From the NCBI GenBank assembly GCA_002368195.1, contig AP018178.1:5401286-5465285 (forward strand): DNA of 64,000 nucleotides, read 5' to 3'. The translations under genes were made by a program, and so were the position numbers. This document shows, piece by piece, positions 31,824-42,622 of the stretch. This stretch comes from Calothrix sp. NIES-2100 (GTDB taxonomy: Bacteria > Cyanobacteriota > Cyanobacteriia > Cyanobacteriales > Nostocaceae). Under the pieces are notes generated by a model. That model was not told the DNA's origin and searched no databases. It saw only the letters and a program-made list of their open reading frames with translations. The stretch's first letter is position 1. Every line of letters starts with the position of its first letter.

Positions 31824-32110
31824 ATTTCCACTGCAACTCGCTGGATACCCACAAAGTCTAATGAATCTTGCTGTTGATCTTCAAATTCTAGACACAGTAA
31901 AATTGCTTCTTGAATGCGCTCAGTTAAATCGTCTAAAGATTTAGCCTGCGTGTGACACCCAGGAAGACTTGGGACAGAAGCAACAAAGTATCCATCCTCA
32001 TCTCTCTCGATAATCACGTTAAATTCTCGCTTCATGATGGACTGATTTCGCATTCTTTGTTCCATTTTCTCACAATTGATTGAGGACAACTGATTAAAAG
32101 ACATCCCCAT
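31820..32110 (-). CDS. hicB: HicB-family antitoxin
   Basis: MKREFNVIIERDEDGYFVASVPSLPGCHTQAKSLDDLTERIQEAI is UPF0150/HicB N-terminal domain. The stop overlaps the hicA start (ATGA). The likely start is the internal MKREF Met. Confidence 0.7.
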   Translation of the reverse strand: MGMSFNQLSSINCEKMEQRMRNQSIMKREFNVIIERDEDGYFVASVPSLPGCHTQAKSLDDLTERIQEAILLCLEFEDQQQDSLDFVGIQRVAVEI

Positions 32111-32167
32111 CCGGTTTAAGCCTATGATTTCTTGTAGAAATGCGAGTTAACGCAAGGATGGCAGCAA

Positions 32168-32443
32168 ATGCGAGTAATTTTATATAGCAAACCTGGATGT
32201 CATTTATGTGAAGGTTTGCAGGAAAAGCTAGAGAAAATTCAAAATCTGGCTTTTGAGTTAGAAATTCGCGATATTACGACGCGGGATGATTGGTTTTTGG
32301 CGTATCAGTATGAGATACCAGTTTTATATTTATCGAACAGCCCTGCGGGTGAGGTAAGTGAGAAACCTTTGCCACGTCCTTCGCCTCGTGCTACTGTGCA
32401 GCAGTTGGAGCAAATGCTGCGTAAGTATTTCCCCAATGATTAA
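32168..32443 (+). CDS. Glutaredoxin-like (thioredoxin-fold, DUF836) protein
   Basis: MRVILYSKPGCHLCEG... CxxC in the glutaredoxin-2/DUF836 context. Confidence 0.7.
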   Translation: MRVILYSKPGCHLCEGLQEKLEKIQNLAFELEIRDITTRDDWFLAYQYEIPVLYLSNSPAGEVSEKPLPRPSPRATVQQLEQMLRKYFPND

Positions 32444-32490
32444 AATAATGCAGAATAAGCGCAAGAAAAGCGTGTGACGAGGTTCACAAA

Positions 32491-33984
32491 ATGAAACTGC
32501 GGGAACTACTAGCAGCGATAGACTCTGTAGAGCAATTACCTAACCATCCGGCTTTAGAGGATGTAGAAGTGCAAGGCTTAAAGACAAATTCCCATGCTTG
32601 TGGTGTGGGAGATTTGTTTATTGGAATGCCAGGAACTAGGGTAGATGGTGGAGAATTTTGGCCAAGTGCGATCGCATCAGGTGCAGTAGCGGCGGTGGTA
32701 TCTCCCCAAGCTGTGGAGAAAAATCCGCCTAATACTGAGGCTGTTGTCATTAGTGCGAGTGACATGACTCAAGCCTGTGCCCAATTAGCAGGTGCTTTTT
32801 ATGATTATCCGGGAAAAAAACTCAAATTATTTGGTGTCACTGGTACTAATGGTAAAACTACCACTACACATTTGATTGAATTTCTGTTGGGGAAAGCAAA
32901 TCTCCCCACAGCTTTGATGGGAACTCTCTACACGCGCTGGCCTGGTTTTGCAGAAACTGCTGTCCATACCACACCGTTTGCGGTGGAACTGCAACAACAG
33001 CTAGCACAAGCTGTCGATGCTGGTTGTGAGTATGGAGTCATGGAAGTTAGTTCCCATGCTTTAGCCCAAGGTAGAGTATTAGGTTGTGAGTTTGAGGTGG
33101 GAGTGTTTAGCAATCTCACTCAAGATCACCTGGACTATCACCGCGATATGGAAGATTATTTTGCGGCGAAAGCATTGTTATTTAGTCCCAATTATCTCAA
33201 AGGGCGGGCAATCATTAATGCTGATGATGCTTACGGACAAAGATTAATTGCTTCTTTGAGTCCAGACAGAGTTTGGAGTTACAGTGTCAATGATCGCGCT
33301 GATTTTTGGATGAGCGATCTTAATTATGAACCTAATGGTGTGAGTGGGACACTACATACACCCAAGGGTGATGTGGCTTTTCGTTCACCTTTAGTTGGTC
33401 AGTATAATTTAGAAAATCTTTTGGCAGCTGTCGCCGCAGTTTTACACTTAGGTCTAGATTTGCAGTTAGTTGCAGCTAGTATACCTGAGTTTCCTGGCGT
33501 TCCCGGAAGAATGGAGCGGGTACAGGTAACTGCTAACCAAGATATCAGCGTAATTGTGGATTATGCCCATACACCAGATAGTTTGGAGAATTTGCTCAAA
33601 GCTGCTCGTCCGTTTATTCCTGGTAAGATGATTTGTGTGTTTGGCTGTGGTGGCGATCGCGATCGCACTAAGCGCCCAAAAATGGGAAATATTGCTGCTC
33701 AATTAGCCGATGTGGCGGTGGTAACTTCAGATAATCCCCGCACTGAAGACCCCGAAAGGATTTTACAAGATATTGTAGCAGGCATTTCCAATACAGCAAA
33801 TACCACTGTAATTGGCGATCGCGCTACCGCCATTCGGACTGCAATTTTACAAGCCCAACCAGGAGATGGAGTGTTACTTGCTGGCAAAGGTCACGAAGAT
33901 TACCAAATTCTCGGTACTGAAAAAATTCACTTTGATGACCGAGAACAAGCACGAGCCGCTTTACAAGCCAGATTGAAAATTTAA
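32491..33984 (+). CDS. murE: UDP-N-acetylmuramoyl-L-alanyl-D-glutamate--2,6-diaminopimelate ligase MurE
   Basis: GVTGTNGKTTTTHLI P-loop, the Mur ligase middle domain and the MurE-specific DNPR motif (TSDNPRTEDP). Confidence 0.9.
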   Translation: MKLRELLAAIDSVEQLPNHPALEDVEVQGLKTNSHACGVGDLFIGMPGTRVDGGEFWPSAIASGAVAAVVSPQAVEKNPPNTEAVVISASDMTQACAQLAGAFYDYPGKKLKLFGVTGTNGKTTTTHLIEFLLGKANLPTALMGTLYTRWPGFAETAVHTTPFAVELQQQLAQAVDAGCEYGVMEVSSHALAQGRVLGCEFEVGVFSNLTQDHLDYHRDMEDYFAAKALLFSPNYLKGRAIINADDAYGQRLIASLSPDRVWSYSVNDRADFWMSDLNYEPNGVSGTLHTPKGDVAFRSPLVGQYNLENLLAAVAAVLHLGLDLQLVAASIPEFPGVPGRMERVQVTANQDISVIVDYAHTPDSLENLLKAARPFIPGKMICVFGCGGDRDRTKRPKMGNIAAQLADVAVVTSDNPRTEDPERILQDIVAGISNTANTTVIGDRATAIRTAILQAQPGDGVLLAGKGHEDYQILGTEKIHFDDREQARAALQARLKI

Positions 33985-34157
33985 AATTAATCTAGAATTC
34001 GATTTTTGGTGTTAGGGGCGCTATTGTTAGCGTCCCTATTTTTGATGCTATTGGCTGCTGAGAGTATGGCGGGCTGGTGAATCCATGTGTCGCCATCATT
34101 GTGCAAATTCCTATTTAGATATCAATAAAAGCCAATAATAAATTTTAAATTTTTCAC

Positions 34158-34358
34158 TTATTTCAAGTCAGCAATGCTTGCGACATTATATGGTAAGTGA
34201 TACACTCCATTAGTTTTAAAATTAATTTTCCAGAATTCATAATTAATATTAATTTTCTTAGCTTTCTCGTAACCAAGGTAAACATCAGGGTGAAAAACAA
34301 AGACCGAATTATATTTGACTCTATTCTTCTCTATCCCTTTTGCTTCTGCTTGACTCAT
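34158..34358 (-). CDS. Hypothetical small protein in an AT-rich patch; uncertain
   Basis: 66-aa ORF divergent from the kinase gene. No homology recognised. Confidence 0.2.
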   Translation of the reverse strand: MSQAEAKGIEKNRVKYNSVFVFHPDVYLGYEKAKKININYEFWKINFKTNGVYHLPYNVASIADLK

Positions 34359-35772
34359 GAATGATTCTCTAGCTCAGGATCTGTCGATTTATCAGTTGGC
34401 TTTGGCAATGCAAGCGCCTCCCCAACCATTACCCCTTAGTCCGGCGACTCTGCTATCACTACTTAGGTCACAAATTGACTTACTGATTGAGCAAAAAATT
34501 GTAGCGACTTTATGGGTAAAGCTACCGCCGGGAAAAATTTGGCAATCAGAATTATGGCGTTATCAGTCCGCCGTAGATGTGCCTGTTGTCATTTATAATT
34601 GCCAGGTTGAGCAGAGGCGAAAAGGGGAAGCGACAGAGAGTGTATATCTTAGCCCAACACCCGATAACTTATCTATTAAGTTATTACCAAATAGATATAT
34701 ACAAAGGGAGTATTTTGTTATAGCATTGTCGCCACAGTTTTGCAGTTTAATTTTGGCTCATCGACCGCTCAAAAGACGTAAAACCCAAATCGTCAGGAAG
34801 GGAAATAGAAAACCTCTGCCTTTATTGGCAATGACTACTGTCGAAGGTAGAGTAATTGAGCGAGTCCTAGATGGAATTATAGAAAGCAGAACACCAGAAT
34901 CAGCGACGATAATCCCGGCTGATTTTATTTGCCCCAGTGTACCAGACTCAGCCCTGATGAATCAGCTGTTAGTCAAACAAGTCCAGCGGCAAAATGAAAT
35001 TAATCAGCAATTGATGACAAAGCGGCTTTCCAAGTTGCAGCAACAAAATCAGAAGCTATACCACAAAGCGCAAATCAAAGATGAATACTTAAGCAATGTC
35101 TGTCAGGAGTTGCGTACACCCCTCACTCACATGAAAACAGCGCTGTCGTTATTAAATTCTCCCAACCTGAAACCTCCCCAACGGCAACGTTATTTACAAA
35201 TGTTAAATAACCAGTGCGATCGCCAAAATTCTTTAATTACTGGTCTGTTAGATTTAGTACATCTGGAGCGCAATTTACAACATTCACCTTTAGAAGCAGT
35301 TTGCTTAGCGGATGTTGTTCCAGGAATTGTGAGTACCTACCAGCCTGTAGCCCAGGAAAAAGGAATTATGCTAGCCTACACAGTGCCCACAGAACAGCCA
35401 TCTGCATGGTGTGTGAGTGGCGGGTTGCGGCTGATTGTGATTAATCTACTGCATAACAGTATAAAATTTACCCCCAGTGGCGGGCAAGTGTGGGTGCGAT
35501 CGCGCGTACACGGCGATTATGTGCAACTAGAAGTCCGTGACACAGGTATCGGTATCGCGGAAACAGAGATTCCCAAAGTCTTTGAGAGCTTTTATCGTGT
35601 GCGTTCAAGTACAACGGATGAATCTAGCAGCCCTGGGTTAGGGTTAACGGTGGTGCAACAGTTACTTTGGCGTTGCGGTGGTTTTATTTCTGTGAGAAGT
35701 AAGCCCAATGAAGGTTCAGTTTTTATCGTTAATTTACCAATTGTGCGCTCTGTGCTAAACACTAAACAGTAG
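34357..35772 (+). CDS. Sensor histidine kinase with an uncharacterised N-terminal domain
   Basis: HisKA (ELRTPLTHM) and HATPase_c (LHNSIKFT, RDTGIGI, GLGLTV) in the C-terminal half. Confidence 0.8.
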   Translation: MNDSLAQDLSIYQLALAMQAPPQPLPLSPATLLSLLRSQIDLLIEQKIVATLWVKLPPGKIWQSELWRYQSAVDVPVVIYNCQVEQRRKGEATESVYLSPTPDNLSIKLLPNRYIQREYFVIALSPQFCSLILAHRPLKRRKTQIVRKGNRKPLPLLAMTTVEGRVIERVLDGIIESRTPESATIIPADFICPSVPDSALMNQLLVKQVQRQNEINQQLMTKRLSKLQQQNQKLYHKAQIKDEYLSNVCQELRTPLTHMKTALSLLNSPNLKPPQRQRYLQMLNNQCDRQNSLITGLLDLVHLERNLQHSPLEAVCLADVVPGIVSTYQPVAQEKGIMLAYTVPTEQPSAWCVSGGLRLIVINLLHNSIKFTPSGGQVWVRSRVHGDYVQLEVRDTGIGIAETEIPKVFESFYRVRSSTTDESSSPGLGLTVVQQLLWRCGGFISVRSKPNEGSVFIVNLPIVRSVLNTKQ

Positions 35773-35802
35773 TAGAGCCGCAACGGAGCGATCGCATTGT
35801 CA

Positions 35803-36028
35803 GCCGATATTATGGCATAACAGGGCGATGTATTAATATAACAAGCCGATGTTATGCCATAACAGGGCGATGTATTAATATAACAGACCGATGTTATGGC
35901 ATAACAGACCGATGCATTAATATAACAAGCCGATGTTATGGAATAACAAGCCGATGTTATGGAATAACAGACCGATGCATTAATATAACAAGCCGATGTT
36001 ATGGAATAACAGACCGATGTAATTAAAT
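35803..36028. repeat. Intergenic tandem array of about 10.5 21-bp units built from two alternating palindromic subtypes
   Basis: Units are CGATGYATTAATATAACARRC, alternating with CGATGTTATGG(C/A)ATAACARRC. The cores TATTAATA and TGTTATGGCATAACA are palindromes. Confidence 0.8.
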
Positions 36029-36123
36029 TGCAGCGCGATGCGATCGCGCTGTGCCAGTTGCGTAAGTCCTGGAAATATAATTTTTATGATAGGCTAAGTT
36101 TATTGTGAACAAAATGTCTTGAA

Positions 36124-36387
36124 ATGTCTAAATCAATTAACATTAATGAAGCAAAAGACCAGCTTCTTCAACTGTCAGAACAGTTAGACAATGAACCTGT
36201 AATCATTACAAATGAAGGATTACCAGTAATGGTAGCTATTAGTTATGAGCGATACCTTTCTATGTTAGAAACTATGGATATTTTATCAGATCCACAATTT
36301 AAAGAACAATTAATAGCTGGAATCAAGGAAGATAAAGAAGGTCAAAGGGTAAGTTGGTCGGATGCCATGAAAGAATTAGAATGGTAA
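36124..36387 (+). CDS. Phd/YefM-family antitoxin
   Basis: INEAKDQLLQLSEQLDNEPVIITNEGLPVMVAISYERY.SMLETMDILSDP is the Phd/YefM signature. Confidence 0.8.
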   Translation: MSKSININEAKDQLLQLSEQLDNEPVIITNEGLPVMVAISYERYLSMLETMDILSDPQFKEQLIAGIKEDKEGQRVSWSDAMKELEW

Positions 36388-36390
36388 ATT

Positions 36391-36711
36391 ATGGAATATG
36401 AAATTGAGTTTATCCCTTTAGCTATTAAGTTACTTAAAAATGTTAAAGATCAAAGAGAACAAAAAGCACTGCGTCAAAAAATCGAAAAACTCAAAATAGA
36501 ACCAGAAAAACAGGGTAAAGCTCTAACAGGTCAATTTCAAGGTTATCGTAGTGTTAGGGCAGTTGGTCAACGCTATCGCATTGTTTATCGTGTTGAGCGA
36601 GAGCGAATTATTGTTGTTATTGTGGGTGTGGGAATGCGACGAGAAGGTGATAGACAAGATATTTATGCGGTTTTAGAAACTGAGTTAGAAGAAGAATCTT
36701 CTGGAGAATGA
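36391..36711 (+). CDS. RelE/ParE-family toxin (Txe/YoeB-like)
   Basis: Starts 4 nt after the antitoxin stop. GQRYRIVYRVERERIIVVIVGVGMRREGDRQDIY is RelE-like. Confidence 0.8.
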   Translation: MEYEIEFIPLAIKLLKNVKDQREQKALRQKIEKLKIEPEKQGKALTGQFQGYRSVRAVGQRYRIVYRVERERIIVVIVGVGMRREGDRQDIYAVLETELEEESSGE

Positions 36712-36927
36712 AACATTTACTGTTTATTCCACACATACATCTGACAAAAGCAGCACTAAAACCTTGGAAAAGGAATAATAAATAATAAAAGTCCTAGATA
36801 TGGACTATTTAATAATAGATTTAATATTCAGCACTATTGTCTATTTCTTTTCTTATCTCTTTTGTTAATTTATATTGAGTTATTTAGTAAATTTTCTTTC
36901 TTTAAGGTTTCAATTTCCTTCAATCTC

Positions 36928-36960
36928 AAATCCCCGACTTCTTTAAGAAGTCGGGGATTT
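36928..36960 (-). terminator. Perfect 14-bp stem-loop downstream of pntB
   Basis: aaatccccgacttc tttaa gaagtcggggattt. The U-tract is poor, so this may be an attenuator or processing hairpin. Confidence 0.4.
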
Positions 36961-37024
36961 GGCTGTTCATGAATGATTTAAGATTGCTATGTCAGTTAAA
37001 ATTAAGTCTTTTAACCAACATTGG

Positions 37025-38479
37025 TTATGCAGACAATACTGGTTTAGCGACTAGCTTGAGGTTGGCGCTTTCGTTGCTCAATTGTGCAAGGTTAGCAACG
37101 GTAGCATCAATATTTTTCTTGGCATCGCCAAACAACATCAAGGTATTTGCCTTGTAGAATAGGGGGTTTTCCACTCCGGCGTAGCCACTAGCCATACTGC
37201 GCTTCATGACGATAACAGTAGTAGCTTTCCAAACCTCAAGTACTGGCATTCCCGCAATCGGGCTATTGGGGTTTTCTAAAGCGCTGGGGTTAACGGTGTC
37301 ATTCGCACCAATCACCAATACTACATCAGTCTCAGTGAAATCCTCATTGATTTCATCCATCTCTAAAACGATGTCGTAGGGTACTTTCGCTTCTGCTAAC
37401 AGCACGTTCATGTGTCCCGGCATCCGACCGGCTACAGGATGGATACCAAAGCGAACTTTAATACCGCGAGTGCGCAGTCGTTTGACAATTTCTGAAACTC
37501 CATGTTGTGCTTGCGCTACTGCCATACCATAGCCAGGAACAATGATTACACTCTTGGCACGGCAGAGAATTTCCACTGTGTCTTCCACTGTGGTGGAGTT
37601 AACTGTACCCTCTGGCTGTGCGCCATCAACAGCAGTTGCAGTACTTGTCTGAGCGCCAAAGCCTCCTAAAATAACGCTGATGAAGGAACGGTTCATGGCT
37701 TTGCACATGATGTAGCTGAGGATCGCCCCGCTACTACCTACCAAAGCACCGGTAATGATCAACAAATCGTTGGATAACATGAACCCAGCAGCAGCAGCAG
37801 CCCATCCAGAGTAGCTGTTCAGCATAGAAATCACCACCGGCATATCAGCACCGCCAATGGCCATTACCAGATGAATGCCCAAGACTGCGGCAATTGCAGA
37901 CATGATTAATAAAGGTTGCAGTCCAGCGATCCCCGCTGTACCAATAAACTGACTACCAAGCCAGATGGAAGCTGCAAGGATAGTCAAGTTCAATAAGTGC
38001 CGTCCAGGGAGAAGTACAGGTTTGCTGGTGATGATCCCCCTGAGTTTACCAAAGGCAACGATGGAACCTGTAAAGGTGATTGCACCAATAAATACACCAA
38101 TAAATATTTCTATTTGGTGGATTGTCGATTCTACAGAAGTGAGCGATGGCGTTTCTTGGAGATAATTGGCAATTCCCACGAGAACTGCGGCTGCACCCAC
38201 AAAACTATGCAGAATTGCCACTAATTCTGGCATGGCTGTCATCGCTACCCGCGCCGCGACAATCGCACCAATCACGGCTCCGGGGATCGCAACTGCGGCC
38301 AAGGTGCCGTAAGCATTTGTATTTAAGGTGAGTGCGGTAGCCCCAAAGGCAATTACCATGCCCACAATCCCATAGACGTTGCCTTTGCGGGCTGTTCCCT
38401 GATCGGATAGCCCCCCCAAGCTGAGAATGAAGAGGGCGCTAGCCACAATATACGCTACTGTCAGTAAGTTGTTTGACAT
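37025..38479 (-). CDS. pntB: NAD(P) transhydrogenase subunit beta PntB
   Basis: Polytopic N-terminus plus the dIII NADP(H)-binding domain ([10 protein letters not shown]...). Confidence 0.9.
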   Translation of the reverse strand: MSNNLLTVAYIVASALFILSLGGLSDQGTARKGNVYGIVGMVIAFGATALTLNTNAYGTLAAVAIPGAVIGAIVAARVAMTAMPELVAILHSFVGAAAVLVGIANYLQETPSLTSVESTIHQIEIFIGVFIGAITFTGSIVAFGKLRGIITSKPVLLPGRHLLNLTILAASIWLGSQFIGTAGIAGLQPLLIMSAIAAVLGIHLVMAIGGADMPVVISMLNSYSGWAAAAAGFMLSNDLLIITGALVGSSGAILSYIMCKAMNRSFISVILGGFGAQTSTATAVDGAQPEGTVNSTTVEDTVEILCRAKSVIIVPGYGMAVAQAQHGVSEIVKRLRTRGIKVRFGIHPVAGRMPGHMNVLLAEAKVPYDIVLEMDEINEDFTETDVVLVIGANDTVNPSALENPNSPIAGMPVLEVWKATTVIVMKRSMASGYAGVENPLFYKANTLMLFGDAKKNIDATVANLAQLSNESANLKLVAKPVLSA

Positions 38480-38488
38480 AATTTCCTG

Positions 38489-40075
38489 CTATTTTTGGAA
38501 CATTTTGAGCATACGTTGGGTGACTAGGAACCCACCGGAAATGTTAATCGTTCCCACGAAAATGGCGATCGCTCCTAGAATACTGGTCGATAAGTTGGAT
38601 GCTCCAGATATTTGCAACATCCCGCCAATAATGATGATGCCGCTAATGGCGTTAGTAACGCTCATCAGTGGTGTGTGTAAAGCTGGTTTCACATTCCAAA
38701 TTACTTGCCAACCAACAAAGCAGGCGAGGACAAAGACGATGAAGTGAGAGAGGAATTCTGAGGGCGCATTCATGCCGATCCCAACTAAAGCTGCACCAAC
38801 TAACAGCAGCCAGATCAAGTTACTCCCACCTTTGGCGGAACTCTTCATTGGGGCGGTAGCGGTTGTTAATACTGGCTCCGGCTCTTTTTGGGTTTCTTGC
38901 TTTGCGCCAACCGGCTGTGGTGTTACCTCTACTTTTTTCTCCACCTTTGGTGGCGGATAAGTAATACCGCCAGCATGAGTAACTAAAGCACCTCTAATTA
39001 CTTCATCTTCAAGATTGACTGTGAAATTTTTAGCCCCTCCCATTTCTTCCAGCAGATGGCAAAGATTGTTACCGTAAAGCTGACTTGCTTGTTGTGCCAT
39101 CCGGCTGGGTAGATCGGTCAAACCTACTATCGTTACTCCTTTGTGACGATAGACTTCACCAGGGTGAGTACAAGCACAATTACCACCTTGCTCTGCTGCC
39201 AAATCGACAATTACAGACCCTTCTTTCATGCTCTCAACCATTTCCTGGGTAATCAGCACAGGTGCTTTCTTACCGGGGATCAGGGCTGTGGTGATAATGA
39301 TGTCAACTTCTTGCGCTTGCTCTGCAAACAGTTCCATCTCCGCCTTGATGAATTCGTCGCTCATCACCTTGGCGTAGCCGCCTTCACCACTACCATCTTC
39401 GGCAAAGTTGAGTTCGAGAAATTCTGCGCCTAGGCTTTGTACTTGCTCTTTGACAACCAAGCGGGTATCAAATGCCCGGACAATTGCACCCAATCCGTTA
39501 GCAGTACCGATCGCGGCTAATCCCGCTACACCCACACCAATGATCAACACCTTGGCTGGCGGTACTTTTCCCGCTGCGGTAATCTGACCGTTAAAGAAGC
39601 GTCCAAAATTGTTAGCCGCTTCAATCACCGCCCGATAGCCGGCGAGGTTGGCCATTGAACTTAAAGCATCCAGTTTTTGCGCCCGACTGATGCGGGGGAT
39701 CGCATCCATCGCCAATACTGTAGCTTTGCGTTCTACTAGTTTTTGTAACAGTTCTGGATTTTGGGCAGGCCAGATAAAACTGATCAGCTTGCCTCCCTCG
39801 CGCAGCAACTCTGTTTCATGTTTACCTAGTTCTGGGTGCATTTGGGGTGCACGCACCTTGAGTACGATATCTGCCTGGGACCATAGAGTTGCAGCATCTG
39901 GAACAATCTGACATTTGGCTTGGGTGTAAGCATCATCCGCAAAATTTGCGCCACAACCCGCATTGCTTTCCAAAATTACATCAAAACCAAGCTTTTGCAA
40001 CCGTTTGGCTGTTTCTGGCGTGGCTGCTACACGCTGTTCACCAGGGTAGACTTCCTTTGGGATACCAATCTTCAT
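38489..40075 (-). CDS. pntA: NAD(P) transhydrogenase subunit alpha PntA (dI plus the membrane dII N-terminus)
   Basis: AlaDH/PNT N- and C-domains (MKIGIPKE..., [13 protein letters not shown]) followed by 4 TM helices. Confidence 0.9.
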   Translation of the reverse strand: MKIGIPKEVYPGEQRVAATPETAKRLQKLGFDVILESNAGCGANFADDAYTQAKCQIVPDAATLWSQADIVLKVRAPQMHPELGKHETELLREGGKLISFIWPAQNPELLQKLVERKATVLAMDAIPRISRAQKLDALSSMANLAGYRAVIEAANNFGRFFNGQITAAGKVPPAKVLIIGVGVAGLAAIGTANGLGAIVRAFDTRLVVKEQVQSLGAEFLELNFAEDGSGEGGYAKVMSDEFIKAEMELFAEQAQEVDIIITTALIPGKKAPVLITQEMVESMKEGSVIVDLAAEQGGNCACTHPGEVYRHKGVTIVGLTDLPSRMAQQASQLYGNNLCHLLEEMGGAKNFTVNLEDEVIRGALVTHAGGITYPPPKVEKKVEVTPQPVGAKQETQKEPEPVLTTATAPMKSSAKGGSNLIWLLLVGAALVGIGMNAPSEFLSHFIVFVLACFVGWQVIWNVKPALHTPLMSVTNAISGIIIIGGMLQISGASNLSTSILGAIAIFVGTINISGGFLVTQRMLKMFQK

Positions 40076-40089
40076 TGGGGTTTTCCTTT

Positions 40090-40260
40090 TGATTTAGCTG
40101 AGTTCCCCGAATAATGGGAGGGATTAGGGAGTAGGGGCAGAGGGGCTAGGGGCAGAGGAGATGAGGGGGGATGAGGGAGACAAGGAGGACAAGGGAGACA
40201 AGGAAGACAAATGACTATTGCCCAATGCCCAATGCCCTGTTTGGCCAATGCCCAATCTTT
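40090..40260. repeat. STRR-rich spacer (GGGGMAR/GACAAGG heptamers, CCCAATG x3)
   Basis: gaggggctaggggcagaggag...gagacaaggaggacaagggagacaaggaagacaaatgac...cccaatgcccaatgccc. Confidence 0.6.
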
Positions 40261-41624
40261 ATGCAAGTTAATCTCGGAATCCTGAGAGCGCAAAGGGGTT
40301 GGAAAAAACCGGATTCTAGTGTCTCTTTTAATCTGGTGCTAGTAGCGATCGCCTCTAGCCGGAGGTTTATATGTTACACCAACCTCACAAATACTCTGAA
40401 ATTAATTTTGGGACGCCAATCGCACGCCACTTACGGGAATCAAAGCTTGGATGCCTTGGGCACAAAGCCTTTCAGGTATCTACAGCCTTAGCTGCTCCAA
40501 CAACCCTTATTAACAAAGTGTCCTTGCTTTTTGCCTCCCCTACTCCGGTTGTATCTTTTTTTGGGTTCGATTACTTCTCTTCAACATACTATTTACTCTA
40601 GTGTATTGTATCTATCATTGTATTAATTCTTCATAACGTTTGTGTAAATTATTAGCCGCTAAAATTTGTGGCAATCTTAATGTTTGAAAAATCAAGGTTT
40701 TTGTTAACTCGAAGCTAATTTATAGAAGCTCGAGAGTTACTTTATCAAGAACATATGACATCTCAGTTCAAAATAAATTATGCCTAGTTATTTTGGCGCA
40801 TTTGTATGCTATTTACTCGCTTCGTGTGTCAGTTGTCAGTTGTCAGCTTCTTGTTTTTGATGGCATTTTAATACTCTATCTTCTTTTGGAGTAAGTGCTT
40901 TGCAAGAGTTTCACTCCTTGTTGCCAGTAAAGTTTTTTTTTATAATTTTTTAACAATTCCTTTGCTTTTACCCTACTAGTGACAAAATCTCCGATTTCTG
41001 TAGTTGGAGATTTTTAATTTTGCTAAATATAGTTTAAAACTTGGATTTTGTATTTTATTTTAAATTCTGAATTTTAAATGTTTTTCAAGACTTGTTAACT
41101 TAACTTTACATCAGGATGTAATATTTAATAGAGAAACTGATTCACTGAAAAAAACCCAGAGGACAATACATGAAAAAAAGACAAGGGGATGAGGGAAATG
41201 CCCAATACGCAATGCTCCAATTTTTATTTTCCCAGAGTTAAAAAAGCGTTAAAGAATGCGATCGCATTTCCTAACGAGAAGATTTGCAGGTAGCTTATTT
41301 GACATTACCCCTAACCCCTCCCCCGCTTGCGGTGGAGAGATAAAGAGCAGCTTTTTATACTGAGGGGAATGAGGGGGGTAAAAAAACTCTGATACCAGAA
41401 CTGCGATCGGACTCGATGCTTGTTGAAGTGTAACCTCACCAGCTTTGAGAAGCAGCATGATGCTTTGACAGCTGCAACTGGTAAGAGGATGATCGAAGCG
41501 ATCGCGCGTTACAGTATTAGTCAGAAAAACTCTCCGTCACATAGGGTTTACCTGTAGCTAAGTCTGATGAATACAAAGAGAAAAATAATTAGAGGATTGG
41601 GTATTTTAGTTCGTATAGTTTAAG

Positions 41625-42461
41625 TTATCGTCTGTCTAACCAAGCCTGTAAATCAGCCAAACTGGTAAAATCTAACAATGCTTCGCTCAAATCTTCCAGA
41701 ACAGGCAAAGGTAAATCAGCAATTGACGAACGCATTTCCCCTGGAAGTTCTGCAAACCGCTTAGTTAGTTGTCGAATAACGAGGTTAAATGTTGCTTCTT
41801 CTCGCCCTTCCTCCTTGATTTCTCGGTAAACTCGCGTTTGCTTGAGTGTGATGTCTAACATTGACTCTACCTCCCTTCTGCTTAATTGTTCAAATTTGTA
41901 CACCATAATTGTCGTAATCATCTCTATTATGGCGCGACTTGCTTGTTCAGTTACTTCTTGACTAGTTCTTGTTAACAAATACTTGGCTGCTGCTGGTGCT
42001 TGTTCTTCTTCTACCGTAGTGAGTACCATCAGCGCTACCCATAAAGGTAACTGACGAATATCTCCTAATTCATCCAAATACACTCTATGCACTTGTCCAC
42101 CGTTCAGTAATGAGCGATGGGGATTAATATCATTTTGTTCGATATTGCGTGATGGATAAATTATAACTGCTTGCCAATCGCTAAATCTGGCACGATTACG
42201 ATAGAAATATAGTGAAGATTCTGCAAATAATCTTTCGTAAAGCTGTTCATCTTTTTGAAACTGTACTTCACAAAAATATACAACTCCAGCACCTTCATTG
42301 TCAGGTGGAAGAAATACTCCATCAATCTCAAATGTAGGTTCTTTGACAGCTACTGAATCAAATCGATAAGCTTCTGCATTAGTCGGCGGTGTTGCTAGTA
42401 ATTGAAACAACAGGTTAGGAAATTGTTGAAACAGTTTATAAAAGATTGAATCTCGACGCAT
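41625..42461 (-). CDS. Rpn-family recombination-promoting nuclease/putative transposase (PD-(D/E)XK, YhgA-like, with a DUF4351 C-terminus)
   Basis: The N-terminus MRRDSIFYKLFQQFPNLLFQLL is the characteristic Rpn/DUF2887 start. The C-terminal LPLPVLEDLSEALLDFTSLADLQAWL matches DUF4351. Confidence 0.75.
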   Translation of the reverse strand: MRRDSIFYKLFQQFPNLLFQLLATPPTNAEAYRFDSVAVKEPTFEIDGVFLPPDNEGAGVVYFCEVQFQKDEQLYERLFAESSLYFYRNRARFSDWQAVIIYPSRNIEQNDINPHRSLLNGGQVHRVYLDELGDIRQLPLWVALMVLTTVEEEQAPAAAKYLLTRTSQEVTEQASRAIIEMITTIMVYKFEQLSRREVESMLDITLKQTRVYREIKEEGREEATFNLVIRQLTKRFAELPGEMRSSIADLPLPVLEDLSEALLDFTSLADLQAWLDRR

Positions 42462-42622
42462 GAAGTATTATTTGCAATCTGTATTAGCCATCTTACAAAG
42501 TTTTTAGATACAGAGTTAAGTAACTGCAAAATTTTGACATAAAACAGTTTTATATGAATATTTACAGAGTTTTTTATGTGAGGAGAAGCTCTAGAACATT
42601 TAAACCGCTATTGATTCAACAA

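Noticed and set aside
35803-36028. Possible CRISPR array
   Set aside because: The repeats are directly abutting with no unique spacers, the unit is only 21 bp, and there are no cas genes nearby.
40556-40575. tRNA-like GGTTCGATT motif
   Set aside because: No acceptor stem, D-arm or anticodon arm can be folded around it.
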